Notes under the pieces: generated by a model
What the model saw: the letters and a program-made list of their open reading frames with translations, nothing else
Databases searched by the model: none
What the model was told of the DNA's origin: nothing
Assembly (NCBI RefSeq): GCF_006345805.1
Contig: NC_042998.1
Span: 79,980,001-80,044,000, forward strand
DNA from: Octopus sinensis
Taxonomy: Eukaryota
Direction: 5' to 3'
DNA: 64,000 bases
Shown here: piece after piece, positions 1-13,604 of the stretch
Layout of the letters: each line of letters starts with the position of its first letter
Position numbering within the stretch: the first letter of the stretch is position 1
Program-made: the position numbers and the translations under genes

Positions 1-1193
1 AATAATAAACATGGAAGAAATGAAGGGAAATGTTAATTTCCAAGACTTAAACAGGATTAGATCTCTTAAGAATGTAGATAATTTTAGTTTGTCTGGCTTC
101 TATTCCGATGTCCTTCAAGCCAATTGTAAAATTAAATATTCTATATCATACCAAACCACCCTTACCAACTCACTGGCATCTTAACTTTGATTGTAAACCA
201 AAGCTAATTTTTGTAATAAAATTGTATAATGTAATTGGTTTGTTAGAAGAAATCAATTGATTTATTTGAGTACACATGTGCACACACACACACCAGCAGC
301 TGGCTGTTCATTGATGCACACAAAATTTGCCAGCAATATCTGTTGGGCCTAACATTACTAGTTTTTAATAATCTTTTCAATTTTAGACTCTTTTACATTC
401 ATCCAATCTGCATTATGTAATGGAGTTAAACATTTTGTTATTGTTGTTATTGTAACTGAGACTTGCTTTCTTTTTCCTTCTCTCTCTCTCTTTCTTTTCT
501 TTTTTTCTGTTGCATCTTTTGAACATGGAAAAGTTTTAATTCAGTACAAATAATTTAATGAAACACCTATTATTTATTGTTTAAACAATACTCCTATCTT
601 CCTGTTTACAAACAATGACACAAACCACCTCACAGTACCTATTTATACCAATATACACTGGTGCATTGAGAGTCAAGTAAACATGCCACAGATGCTGTAT
701 AGTACTAGTAACAAAATGCAAACATTTGGTTATAATAATTGGTTCACTGACATTTATTAACAGAATGGTGTTACTGAAAACTGAGTCTTTGAATAAGCCT
801 GCTAAATATCCTCGGTAATAATGTTTGTTAATTTTTCTCCATGCTTTCCCTTAACTGTTGCTACATTGTGAAGGATTAAATTTGAAGAAGACATCTGCAA
901 GTGAGAGGTGTCATCCATCTTAAGAAGCTAGGATCAGAATTATTAAAATTCATAAAATAAGTTCATGTGTTGTAAGAAGAGATAAATTCTGATATTTCAG
1001 GTTGGGTCTTTCTTTGAAATGCCAGGACACATCTCTCTTCAAAGTACGCAAACCTCTCTCAATTTATAACCCTTTTGCATTAACTATATTTTTTTTTTCC
1101 ATTTTTTGCCAAAATTAGTTTCACTGAATTTGTGTGCATGTGTGTGTGAAAATTTTACAGAGTAGTGATAGAATCTTTAGAATGTATACTTAC

Positions 1194-1334
1194 ATAATGG
1201 CTACAAAGACTCTGGAGAGATTCTGCTCCTTTGTCAAACATCATTCCAGCTGAAGAAGCAAAATCTAACAATGATAATTTTCCGCCTTCATTTACTTCAT
1301 TTCCATCAGTGACATAAGTTTCAAGACACGGCAA
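1194..1334 (-). CDS. Probable next exon of the NCKAP5-like gene: LPCLETYVTDGNEVNEGGKLSLLDFASSAGMMFDKGAESLQSLCSHY
   Basis: Acceptor attttccag| and donor |gtaagt. 141 nt open in phase 0, compatible with the previous exon. No homology recognised. Read-through of the donor ends at TAA 1155-1157. Confidence 0.65.
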
Positions 1335-2579
1335 CTGGAAAATAAATTACAGAAATTTAAATAGATTACTTTAAAATAGCAATCTGTGTATCATATTCAA
1401 TGCAAATATACCAAGAAAGGGTTAATTAACTGCAGTGTTTGTCCCAAGATAATATCTGTCACAGATGTACAGTGTTAAATAATATGAAAATATATGGTTA
1501 ATAAATAATTTATTCTAAGTATGGCTTTTCTAATTCTTAAGGGATGTGTACATTGGTGTTTGTTCATTTATGTGAATGTGTTTGTGTGAAGCTACTGGAT
1601 ATGGAGGAATTGGTTTCAAGCTATGATAAGTGCTGTTGGTAGCATTTAGTCCTGGTTCACCACTAATTGAACTGACCTATGATGAAAGGGATTCCTGGTG
1701 TGACCTTGTATACCTAAAAGCAGAATGTTCCAAGTGTCCTACCTTTCTAAGACATAGAGTATAACTTGAAGTTGGCCAGGGAAAGATGAGTAGTACCCAT
1801 GATCTTTGCAGGCCTTCCTCGATTGGGGAAACTACCAGGTGATGGAGCTAAACAAGGTAGCATGTGTTAAGCTTCCCACTATATACACTTCCAGGTATTG
1901 TTACAAAGTGAAACACTTGCCATTTATAAAGAATTGCTTTATGCAGTAACTTGTGACTTCCTTGGTATCTGCTTTGTTACAGGTTAATACAAGATTATTA
2001 ACAAAATTTAATAAACTATTGACTCTACAGCCAGCTGACCAGTGTTCTCTCAGTTTGACCATATGTCTCACTGCTGACAACAGACAAAATAAAGAGATAG
2101 ACATAATATAGAATGTAATATACAGGTGTTCTTTCTTATACAGAATACAGTTGTCTATATAACAATACATACTGCATACAACAACTGCTACTTTCTTGGG
2201 GTGGGAGTGAGGAGCAGCAGACAGGTCTTCACCACAATGTTTACTGCCCTAAATGATTGTCTTTTTAGGGAATGATTCACTTCTGTTGACCTTATAAGGT
2301 TCAGTGAAAATGCAGAAAAATGAGCTTAGCTTTGACTAAGCAACATTGAAATGAATGTGAAATGAAATGATAGGAAGAACAACAGCATAAAATATGAACC
2401 ACAATATCAAACAATCATCCTCATTTAACAGGCATTTTGCTATGCTTGCGTCAGATGAAATTCATTAAAGCAGATTTTCTACAGCCAAATGCTCTTCCTA
2501 TTGCCAACCCTCACCTGTTTCCAAGCAAGGTAATGATATTTTACTGTAGATAAATATCTTTTACATAGAAACCAGGAAA

Positions 2580-2812
2580 AGGTGGCGAGCTGGCAGAAAT
2601 GTTAGTATGCTGGGTGAAATGCTTAGCAGTATTTTGTCTGTCTTTACGTCATGAGTTCAAATTCTGCCGAGGTTGATTTTGCCTTTCATCCTTTCGGGGT
2701 TGATAAATTAAGTACCAGTTAACGCACTGGGGTCAATGTAATCGACTTAATCCTTTTGTCTGTCCTTGTTTGTCCCCTCTATGTTTAGCTTCTTGTAGGC
2801 AATAAAGAAATA
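2580..2812 (+). mobile_element. tRNA-derived SINE (family A; GGCGAGCTGGCAGAA head) with target-site duplication
   Basis: A-box-like head, B-box GAGTTCAAATTC, body GCCTTTCATCCTTTCGGGG...AAGTACCAG. 13-bp TSD AGAAACCAGGAAA at 2567-2579 and 2813-2825. Nested in an older repeat. Confidence 0.85.
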
Positions 2813-3201
2813 AGAAACCAGGAAATGGAGAACTTTGCTGGTATGATGATGATGATGCTCATTTGCAACTGTTATGTGATATCAAGACAAGGGTCCACAT
2901 GCAGACACACACATTCCAACTCATGACAGCATGGAAAGCAGACATTAAATGATGATGATGATATATATATATTATATATATATATATATAGGTAAAGGGC
3001 TTCTTTCAGTTTCCAACCACCAAATTTACTCACAAATCTTTGGTTAGCCTGGGACAATTTCAGCAGAAACTTGCCCAAGGTACCAAACAGTGGGACCAAA
3101 GCCACATGGTTGGGAAGCAAGCTTATCAATCAAATAATCATATAACCATCCCAGCACCAAAAAAGAAAACAAAAAAAGAAACATATGATGTAAAATTTTA
3201 C

Positions 3202-3321
3202 CTTAGTTGTTGATTCATTCGGAAACCGAAAGTGATGTTGAAACAACAAATTAAGTTGTTTGTTTTGAACTTCTAAGTCATGAACACGTTCCTGCAGTTG
3301 GCAACATTCTTCTTTCAAGCC
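3202..3321 (-). CDS. NCKAP5: NCKAP5-like coding exon GLKEECCQLQERVHDLEVQNKQLNLLFQHHFRFPNESTTK
   Basis: Acceptor tgtttgcag| and donor AAG|gtaaaa. 120 nt, phase 0-0. Matches the recalled NCKAP5 segment DLREECVKLKTRVFDLEQQNRTLSILFQQR. Confidence 0.92.
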
Positions 3322-3619
3322 CTGCAAACAGCAGATCAGTAAACAAGTTAGAAATATCAATTGCATGTGTAAGTATACATGGATGCATACATTCACAGAT
3401 ACAAATTTACAAGTGCACATATACAACACCAGATCTCATTAGGGATTGCAGACAGTCACCATTCCAATATCTAATTCTCATGGGTAACTTTTTGAAAATC
3501 ATTTCTGAAAACTTCTAATAATCTGTCATTTCACCTTTCAGCAATATATACCCCTTATATATCCATTTAGTATTGTCATTGCTTTCAGTGTTCTACCCTC
3601 AAAGATAGCATCATTTTAA

Positions 3620-3848
3620 GTTTCTGACTGGGTTCTCCTGCTTGTGTTGCATAGTGCAGAGTCCTTTTGCCAGACATAGGGTCTTCCAGCAGCCAGCTTC
3701 TTGACCCAAGGCAGCACTACCTTCTCCAGGCACTTGATGTAGGTCTCCGTGTTGAGTCTGAGGATGTGTGGGAAGATGAATGGAGGTATAACGTCATCAT
3801 CACTAGTGATCACTCCAAACACCATGATGACTGGATGTTTGATTTTTA
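3620..3848 (-). mobile_element. Tc1/mariner-superfamily transposase fragment (DDE/DDD catalytic region)
   Basis: MVFGVITSD...PPFIF...LNTETYIKCLEKVVLPW...YVWQKDSA resembles the VMVWG...QQDNAPxH region around the second catalytic Asp. Truncated. Confidence 0.75.
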
Positions 3849-4250
3849 AGTCTCTTTAGGTAAATGGCAGAAATGTGGGACCACAGATCAAATTTATTCT
3901 AATTACAAAATTAATAAAGTGTTTAACAGAAGATAATTAAATTAAATCTCCCAACTTTAATGACAATTTCAAAATATGAAATCTCAAAATCTCTGATATC
4001 TCATTCATAGTAAGAACAAATATACCAACATCAGCATCAACCCAAATAACATGCTAAACAATATCACTGCTTACAACCAAAATAATGGGGTAATAAATGA
4101 CAACAGTACAACTGAAACCAATATTAGTTTTACTAGACCAAAAACCATTACAAAATTAAGCACAGTATATAAATTCTAATGCCTTACATGACAGTTGTAA
4201 ACATAAAAAAATCTTACTATGATGAAACATGAATTGTTACAGGCAATTAG

Positions 4251-4288
<38 letters not shown>

Positions 4289-4586
4289 CCGTGACCGACC
4301 AGGCTATCAGATGTTGCTACACATCACTGGTCATAATGCGCTTCGCATTGTTTTAGCCTTCAAATGACGCCACCCCGCTGGCTAAGTGAGCAGGCCAACA
4401 GAAGAAAGAGTGAGAGAAAGTTGTGGCGAAAGAGTACAGCAGGGATCGTCACCACCCCCTGCAGGAGCCTCGTGGAGCTTTAGGTGTTTTCGCTCAATAA
4501 ACACTCACAACACCCAGTCTGGGAATCGAAAACGCAATCGTACAACCGCGAGTCTGCTGCCCTAACCACTGGGCCATTGCGCCTCC
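4289..4586 (-). mobile_element. Young tRNA-derived SINE (family B)
   Basis: Reverse complement of the copy at 36587-36894 (head GGAGGCGCAATGGCCCAGTGGTTAGGGCAGC). CpG-rich, inserted at a (TA)n tract. Confidence 0.88.
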
Positions 4587-4962
4587 ACATATATATTCAT
4601 TGGCTTGGGGCTATAGCAGAAGACACTTGCCCAAGGTGCCACACAGTGAGACAGAACCCAAGACCATGTCGTGCAAAACAAACTTCTTAACCACTATACT
4701 TGTGCCTCATACTTACATAAAAATGTATATACATATATGACAGGCTTCTGTAGTTTCTATTTACTAAACTCCACTCAAGAGGTGTTGGTCAACCTGAAGC
4801 TATGGAAGAGAGACACCTATCCAAGTCCAAAGTTATATGCAGTGAAACTGAGCCACAAAACAGATAAGAAATAAATTTTATAACTATACAGTCAAGCTTA
4901 TCACAACATATCTAAGAAATGATGCACAGAATGAAAACTTTGAAATAACAGTTATATCTTAC

Positions 4963-5133
4963 TTTCTGTACAAGCACTGCCTGCACCACCTGGTTAGCAA
5001 TTTCATCTACATATTTCTCATACTCCTTCCGTTGTTGTTCATTCTCCATCTGCAAATAAGAATTATTTGCTTCTAACACTTTAATCTGCTCCAGTAACTG
5101 CTGTGGGTTTTCATGATGCTCAGAAGAGTAACA
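4963..5133 (-). CDS. NCKAP5: NCKAP5-like coding exon CYSSEHHENPQQLLEQIKVLEANNSYLQMENEQQRKEYEKYVDEIANQVVQAVLVQK
   Basis: Acceptor tgtatttcag| and donor |gtaaga. 171 nt, phase 0-0. Strong match to the recalled NCKAP5 motif LLERLKALEAENSALALENENQREQYERCLDEVANQVVQALLTQK. Confidence 0.92.
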
Positions 5134-5527
5134 CTGAAATACAGAATTGGGTACATTTTAGTATAACTTCTTGATTTCAAGCGTCAATAGCTGTTTTAAC
5201 TTCATCCACCTAGACTTGACAAATTAAGATCAGAAATATATTATGAGTTGCTTCAATCTTTTATTCATTTCACCTACAGCAAGCCAATGAAATCCTAAAA
5301 GAGAAAAATCTTCCGTTTGATTTAAAATCTGTATGTATGAGCATGTAATTATGAGTAAGGGAGGATGTAGAGCACTTAGAAATAAAGTCTTAAACATGAT
5401 AAGGAGGATGAAGAGAAAATTATTTATTTCCAAAATTCTGGAATAAAAATGATTTGTATTTTGGTTATTAAATCAAAGTATTCTGGAATATTGCTTATAG
5501 AAACACAAGATCAGAGAGAGAGGGATA

Positions 5528-5609
<82 letters not shown>

Positions 5610-7138
5610 TGGAGAGCATTCTCAAATATTATTTAGTGAGTGAGAGAGAAACCTTTTTGAAAGTATTTTCAAATTTTAAAAATCTTTCTAAACTCAGTAA
5701 CTGAAAAGAAGAAAATTATCCTGTATCTACTTCATTTTTTAATCCTGTAAGTATTATTTGAGAGATATGTTTATCAACAGGTTAATTCTGATAAAAAGCC
5801 ATTTGAAATCTTTTCCTCCAAGCCCATGTTTAAAAAGTACAATATCAGATGAAGTTGCCAGTTTAGAAGTAGTTTTCAACTACCCTTACCCTACCTAATC
5901 CTACCAAAATTCCCAGAAGATCATTCAAGAAGATATAAGTATGATATAAATACTAACATGGATAAAACAGTCCTAAAAGATGTGAAAAAATTATCTGTGT
6001 TGCTTTGAAAAACTTGGCATCAAATTTGCACAAAATTTTCTCAGATGAACAGTTAGTGAAACTTGAGTATAAGAAAATTGTTCCCAGTTATATGAATAGA
6101 AAATATGATATTTCAAAAATTACTTGCATTTGCCAAAAGAGATAAAATATTGTTGATCTCACGCTAAATAGTGTTTTATTTTTGTGTGTCATAGTCATTT
6201 TTTAATATTGCACTAGTTGCCTGGCAAAGAAGGAAAGAAAAAAGAGGAAAGAAAAAGAAAAAAGAAAATGAGCGGTGAAGAAAAAAAAGGCTTGAAATTT
6301 TCGGGAAAAATAAACAGCACAGGCAACCCCCCCCCCCAAACCCCAGCTTTTATTATATAATTTGGATCACATGGGAGGACATTTATAGTATGCTTGTGGG
6401 TAGCAACAGAAAGCCAAAGACTAGCAACTCAATTACTATCATCATCAATGTGTTGTGTCCTTTGATTTTCAATGCTTTAGCCCACCACTTAGCAATAAAA
6501 ATCAATATTATTAATAAGAATCTAGTTAGTTTGTAGTTAACTCTTAATGTCCTGTATGACACACTACTGTATGGGACTGCATTGGTCAAACAGTCCATCT
6601 TGATGGAAGTAAGGAACTATCTAATATAAGAGACAAAATTCTAATCCCTTCCTCTATAATTTATTTTTATTCTGTAACAGAATCATTACAGAACTGGGCT
6701 TTTGACTTAGAAAATTTTCAGCAGGATATTAACAGTTCAATATTTAGGAAGTAACATCAACAGCTGGTCCTTGACTGCTTTTATTGGATTCTACTCTGTT
6801 GCAAGCATTTAGACCAAGTCTTTAACTTTTTGAAGTCCTTAATGACAGCAAAATGCCAATAAGTACTTTGTTCAATGCTCTAACACTACTGCCAGCTCAC
6901 TGCCTGAAGAAGAACAACAACAATAATGATGATGATAAGATGAGGAGGAGGAAGATTCATTCTTGTACTTTGTAGATGAATCAGCAATTAAATTTAAAAT
7001 TAGACATAGAACACATCTGCCCAATAGGCACTCCCCTGCTACATTGGAGGCACAATTAATCAATTTGTCAACAGTAATTATGAAGTCAATACAGGTGTAA
7101 TCCATGAAATAAAATAAAGTTGTTAAACTTATACTCAC

Positions 7139-7228
7139 CTGAGTTTGTAATTTTTTGTAGTCATTTAGTAACATCATATTTTCTCTTTCCAACTTACTAA
7201 CTTGTAAACGGTACTGCTGTAAGTTTTC
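7139..7228 (-). CDS. NCKAP5: NCKAP5-like coding exon ENLQQYRLQVSKLERENMMLLNDYKKLQTQ (coiled coil)
   Basis: Acceptor ctctttcttcag| and donor CAG|gtgagt. 90 nt, phase 0-0, heptad-like composition. Lies inside track ORF 6872..7369. Confidence 0.85.
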
Positions 7229-7869
7229 CTGAAGAAAGAGAGGAGAGGCGAGAATAACATTAATCTGGTTAAATACATTTTGATAATCCAAACTGAAATG
7301 ACAGATATTGGCATTTTTTAAGTACTCCAAGAGGACGTTTTTGTTTACTAATTGCTTAGATAATTTCAACTAATTGAAGTTTCTTGATTCAGTATATAAC
7401 ATCTATTAGTCAGGTCGGAAATCTTATCACACACTGAAGAGACCTATTATTTGGACCCTATAAACTAGTACTACCTATAATTGGCAACTAAAACTGACTC
7501 TTGTGAGAAGAGTATATGGACACCCAGCAGGACTAAAAACAAGACCTATTGAAGGCCAGACAAGCTTGTGGTGGGCCAACAGCCATCCGGTTGGGGAAGG
7601 TAATGATAAACTACCGCAATATCTTTGCCAAGAAAACATTTTGAGAAAGTCAGAATGAAGTAATGTTATTGTTTCATCTGAGAACTTGTATTTAATCAAG
7701 AAGATTTTTGCTATAGTGAGATCAACATGCTGCAAAAACGTTTGATACATGACAACTATATTATACATGCAAAATTTTACTATGTATTTAATATACAGAA
7801 CATTTCTCTGGGATATTTAACTTCAACTGTATTATTGATATACATTTATTCACACACACACACACACTA

Positions 7870-8065
7870 CTCTTTTACTTGTTTCAGTCATTTGACTGTG
7901 GCCATGCTGGAGAACCGCCTTTAGTCAAGCAAATCGACCCCAGGACTTATTCTTTGTAAGCCTAGTACTTATTGGGCTCTTTTGCTGAACTGCTAAGTTA
8001 TGGGGACGTACACACACCAGCATTGGTTGTCAAGCGATGTTGGGGGGACAAACACAAACACACAA

Positions 8066-8108
<43 letters not shown>

Positions 8109-8283
8109 CATACATATATACGACAGGCTTCTTTCAGTTTCCATCTACCAAATCCACTCACAAGGCTTTGATCGGCCCGAGGCTATCACAGAAGACACTT
8201 GCCCAAGGTGCCACGCAATGGGACTGAACCCAGAACCATGTGGTTTGTAAGCAAGCTACTTACCACACAGTCACTCCTACGCC
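7870..8283 (-). mobile_element. tRNA-derived SINE (family C) with internal (TA/CA)n
   Basis: Reverse complement of 57199-57584: CCTTGGGCAAGTGTCTTC core and GACTGAAACAAGTAAAAGAG tail. Confidence 0.88.
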
Positions 8284-9039
8284 TTTGTTAAGAAAGGTTT
8301 CTGTTGAAATACACTGCCTTTGTTTCAATTAGTTTTGTAAATAATGAATTTAGTAAAATATCTGTCATTATTAAGCTGGTGTTTAAAATGTAAATGAACA
8401 TGGGAATTCAATGGAAGCTTTTAAGTTAGATCTTTCCTAAAACAAGAAGTCTGTACCACAAAACTAAGGGCAGTCTCAGGCTGGTTTGGAATTTAAAGGG
8501 TTAACATTGGAACAAGGTCAAAAATTTTAAAGTGAAATATAGTCACTTATATTGATCCCAGTACTCAAGTCTGTCACAAATGTACAGGCCTATTATGCCA
8601 CAATATATCCCATTCTGTATGGGCATTTAAACAACTGAAAGTACAAAACTCCTCTCTGCATAGGATGTCAGTCTGTCATATGAATTCACCCACCAACAAT
8701 CACTGGTATTCAGTTTTTACCTGAGTAAACTGAAGCAATTAGAAAGAAGGGTCTTGTTCAATGCATCATACTATTCCAGAATCAAATCTAGTCATCATGA
8801 GTTCAATACCCAAAGCACTTATACTATCTATTTTCACTATCCCAGTGTACCAGTCAATTAAGTACTTGGCTGGTACTTAGTTTATTAACAACTTGAAATG
8901 ATGAAAAGCAAAATTATCCACCACAGGATTTGAAAACAGAACCTAAAGAGACACAACTAAATTTCACAAAGTATTTTAGTCAATGCTCTACCAATTCTGC
9001 TGCTTGCCATCTTGAAAAGTAAGAAAGTTAAATAATAGT

Positions 9040-9400
9040 CACATGCATAGCTGTGTGGTTAAGAATCTTACTTTGCAACCACATCACTTTCGGTTCAATA
9101 CTACGGCATGGTACCTTCATCAAGTGTCATCCATTATAGCCCTGAGCCAACCAATGCCTTGTGAGTGAATTTGGTAGGCAAAAATTGTGTGAAAGCCCAT
9201 TGTGTGTATGTGTGTGTGGGGGTCCTGCACTGTTTGACAACTAGTGTTGGTTTGTTTACATCCCTGTAACTTACTGTTTCAGCAAAAGAGACTGATAGAA
9301 TATGAGACATAAAAATAAGTCCTGGTCAATCAGTTCAACTAAAACCTTTGAAGGTGGTGCCCCAGCATGGCCACAGACTAATGACTGAAACAAGTCAAAG
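9040..9400 (+). mobile_element. Diverged family C SINE
   Basis: GCTGTGTGGTTAAG head, GCCTTGTGAGTGAATTTGGTAG body, GGTGGTGCCCCAGCATGGCCACAG...GACTGAAACAAG tail. Boundaries approximate. Confidence 0.75.
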
Positions 9401-9456
9401 AAAAGAAGATGAAAGAATAGAAAGGAACCAAGAAGTAGCAGTGAAATTTAGCTTAC

Positions 9457-9547
9457 CTCATAAGTCACCGACAAATTGAACCTTTCCTGCCGTAATTGTT
9501 CAACTTTGGATTTATAATGGAGCATACTGCTTACCATCTCCTCCATC
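9457..9547 (-). CDS. NCKAP5: NCKAP5/NCKAP5L-like protein, coding exon (1 nt + MEEMVSSMLHYKSKVEQLRQERFNLSVTYE)
   Basis: Acceptor tctttgcag| and donor |gtaagc. 91 nt, entered in phase 2, left in phase 0. (R)MEEMV resembles the recalled human NCKAP5 segment QFSRMEETV. Joins in frame to the exon at 7139-7228. Confidence 0.8.
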
Positions 9548-11595
9548 CTGCAAAGACATCAAAAGGTATGGAATTAAATCATAATAATAGTGATGGTTTA
9601 TGAGACAACAGACAGGAAAAATTAAGGTAACAAAGGAATAAGGTGAAGTATCAATAATGACGATAATTTCAAATTTTGGTACAAGGCCATCAACATTTTA
9701 GGAGCAGTGGGTTAGCTGATTACATTTACCCCAGTGCTCAGCTGGTACTTATATTATCAGCCTCGAAAGGATGTAAGGCAAAGTCCATCTCAGTGGAATT
9801 TGAACTAAAAATGATATCACCACTGGGTTTCATTGAAATGCTGCGAAATATTTTCTCTGACATGCTTATGATTTTGCCAGCTCACCGTTATAATAATAAT
9901 AATAATAATGATGATGATGATGATGATGATTTCTTTTATTGGTCTTAAGGTTACTAGATAATGTTGGTTGACCCTGTGCTTTGCTTCAGAATGATCTTAA
10001 TTAATCTGAGTCCCATCAAAGCCAGACCTAGTCCTGACTTGCTCTATGATGTATCATGTGAGGTGGGGAGGCTATCATGGATAAGCACCAATCTTTCAGC
10101 AAACAAGCACCCTTGCATAAACCTTTAACTCTGCTCTGAATGAAGCTATGGATCTGATGTTGCCTATTGTGTTCTTCCTTTGTTAGGGTACTTCCTCAAC
10201 AGCATCACTACTCCTCTGCTTACATGACTTTGAATATTCTCAGTCTACTGCCAGTTGCAATAAACAGCTGCCAAGACAGTTATGAACCAGCCTAGCAAGG
10301 AAAGACCATCTAGTCTCACTGATTTGCCACTCCACAGCTGCTCAACACATCGACTACTTCTGCTGAAATCAGTTTCTTGTAGTATTGAGTCTTCGGTAAA
10401 GAATCATCTCTGGATAAGGTATTGTATTCTACTATCTCCAGTCTGTTGCTCTTCTCATACAGCTTAGCAAAGAGCTACTGGAAAATCATTAATATATGCT
10501 TGGAATCAAACAGCACATGTCTGCTGTAGTTCACTAACTTCACTGCCAAGCTGTACTTCCTCCACCAATACCCATTGAATGATGTTTCACTCCCTTGTGT
10601 TCCAGAGTATGTGCCCTAGAATGAGTATGTGCATAAGATCAAACATTGAGAATGATAGAAACAGCAGCTCAAAATCACAACATCTGACTCAACAAAGCTC
10701 AAGCTATTATGCAGGAGTTGTGTCACCTGCATTGGTGGGTGACCCCATTAGGTCCAGTGTCATGGTGGACGAGGCGAAAACATCTAAAGAGGTTGCTTCA
10801 CTGTTTGATGAGACACTGACTCCTGCATTCAGAGCCCTCACCAGCACACAAGTGCTTACCCTAAAATGCATTTTGCATCTGGGAAGTGGTTAACAATTAT
10901 TCTCACTGTAAGCACATTGCAAGTGATGCTTTCCTGTTCGCTACTTTTAATCAGTTGATGAGTTCCTTCTCTAATCTTGAAGAAATACTCTAACATTTTT
11001 GTGAGATCCTCAAACAATTCTGCCAATTCATCACTCTTCTCAATAAGAGCAATAACAATAACATTAATGATGATGATGATGATGACAATGTATAATGAAA
11101 TTGTGTTTGTGTACCAAATATTTCTAGCAATAATGAGAAACAATTGCCATTATATACAACAGTAAAAAGGGTTAAAAATTTTAAATGATATATCCATGAA
11201 TTGGATCAGAGCAATGAGGATACATCCATCAAGTGGTACATTGTTTATTAACAACAACACCAACAACAATCACCACCAAGATGCCTAACATCTGCTGTCA
11301 GATATCACTTCCTTCCTTCCAGAACAGACCATACCTCATGTGAATTCTCATTGTTGCTCTGCTGTCACTTGAAAGGATGTTTAGGAATCATAAAAGGGAA
11401 TATTATTGACAATATATCAATGGAGATGTTTCTGTTGAAATTGTGCGAGGATGTGTGAATTAGTGTATGTATGTATGTCTGCATGGGCAAAATGTGTGTG
11501 TGTGTGTAATATAAATGTGTGTTGTGTATGAGATGTGTACATGATATTTATATGTATACATAATGAGTGTGTGTTTGTGTGTATGTGTGTGTATG

Positions 11596-11628
<33 letters not shown>

Positions 11629-12584
11629 TAGTGTGTATGTGTGAGAGAGAAATATATCATATATATAAAATGTATGCATAAATATGTGTGTTTGTGTGTA
11701 CATTCATGCAAGCACAACTATGCAGTGTGTGTATGCATATGCTCACTGCAATGTATGTGCATATTTATAACTATACTGTGTACTTATATGCATACATGCT
11801 CATATGCAGAGAATATGTGTGTGTGTCTATGTTTAGTTAGTCTTAAACTTTATTTGTATGAAGTGATCACCTCCTTACTCTCCCCTCCATTCACACACAT
11901 GTGTGCATGCACACACACATAGGCACTCACGCATGCACACAAGCACATTACATCGTTTTTCTAGCCCAACACAATGTTCCCAACATTCTCTCCCAATGAA
12001 AACTACCTCACTTACCTCCAATGACCTTCACAGAAAAAATACTTCAGCCTAAAATTTTTATTCTACCACACCTTTAATTCCATTTCCCATAATAGAGAAA
12101 TTTTGTTTGTTGCTGTTATTCTTTTTCATTTCCAATAATAACCAAATTACTATTCTTAGATAACCAACATTAAAACTTGCCAAAAAAATCCATAATCCTC
12201 CATAATAATCTTTTATGACCAAAAGTCTCTGTTGTTCAAACTAATGTAGACACACACATTTGAAAACACACACACAACACCACCATCTGCATTAACAGAA
12301 AAATACAAATAAAAATACAAACACGACCCCTCACTCCCAACAAATGCTTCACCTACATATCACACACAACTGGAATACCTAACTCCCAGTCAAATCCATC
12401 ACCTAAAAATACAACATTGATTTCACCATTATTCACTCATCTGAACGAAGATTCTCATCTTGAGAGGAAACCAGTGGTCACTATGAAGACTGGAACTTTA
12501 AATCTTCCAATTCCCACAATAAATCTTTACAAATATAAAGAGGTAACAGCACAGAGTACATTCTTTTAATATTTATCATCATCA

Positions 12585-12800
12585 GGGCATGAGCTGGCAG
12601 AATTGTTAGAATGCCAAGCAAAATGCCTAGCAACATTTTGTCTGTCTTTATGTTCTGAGTTCAAATTCCACCGAGGTCAACTTTACCTTTCATCCTTTTG
12701 GGATAGAAAAAAATAAGTACCAGGTGAGTACTAGGATTGATGTAATCAACTTAACCCCTTCTCCTGAACTTACTGGCATTGCACCAAAATTTGAAACCAA
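12585..12800 (+). mobile_element. Diverged family A SINE
   Basis: GAGCTGGCAGAATTGTTAG...GAGTTCAAATTCCACCGAGGTCAAC...AAGTACCAG. Boundaries approximate. Confidence 0.75.
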
Positions 12801-13051
12801 TATTTATCATAATCATTGTTTTATTGTCCACTTTCCCCTGATCGAAAGGGTCAGTTGGAATTTGATAAGGGAGATTTTCTACAGCCAGATGCCCTTCTTC
12901 TGTTTCCAAGAAAGATTATATTTTCACTATGACCAGACATGTTTCTCACATAAGATTAGAAATGAGAGATATCACTTGCATGACAGTGATGTTCCTTTAT
13001 AACTATCATGTGATGTCAGAGTGATGAAACAGTAATACACACCCATATATA

Positions 13052-13269
13052 CAAAGGGGTGCTAAAATGTTTCTGGCTTTGGGTAAAAAGAAAATACTGG
13101 AGGATCAGTTAATTATGATTTTATTCAACATATTCCCCTCTCGGATTCACACAGTTATTGTGGCAGCCCTTCAGTTTTTCTAAGCCCTGTAAAAGAATTC
13201 AAAAAGTTGGGCATCCAACCAAGCCTTTTGTAATACTCTTAAAGCCAGGAGCTTTTCAGTACCCACTTG
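13052..13269. mobile_element. Mariner-type MITE
   Basis: Imperfect terminal inverted repeats CAAAGGGGTGCTAAAATGTTTCTGGCTTT / AAAGCCAGGAGCTTTTCAGTACCCACTTG in TA-rich flanks. Confidence 0.65.
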
Positions 13270-13450
13270 CATATATTTGAAGAAATGAATAGGAATAGAT
13301 TTTCTGACCATTTTTCCATTTCAATAATTATACACCCAATGATTTATAAACTGCTAATTATTAAAGTAGAAAGATTACCAGAAAAGCCATTCCTATGCAC
13401 TTCTTCAAATATATAATACTACACCAAGGATTTTCTATTTCTAATTCTAC

Positions 13451-13604
<154 letters not shown>

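Noticed and set aside
802-893. Possible terminal exon starting cacttgcag|ATGTCTTCTTCA on the minus strand
   Set aside because: Phase-compatible but stops after 30 codons, with no recognisable homology. Cannot be distinguished from intron or UTR.
10000-10900. Possible ancient LINE or coding remnant (slightly more GC-rich, several short ORFs)
   Set aside because: No diagnostic RT, EN or protein motif could be recovered by eye in any frame.
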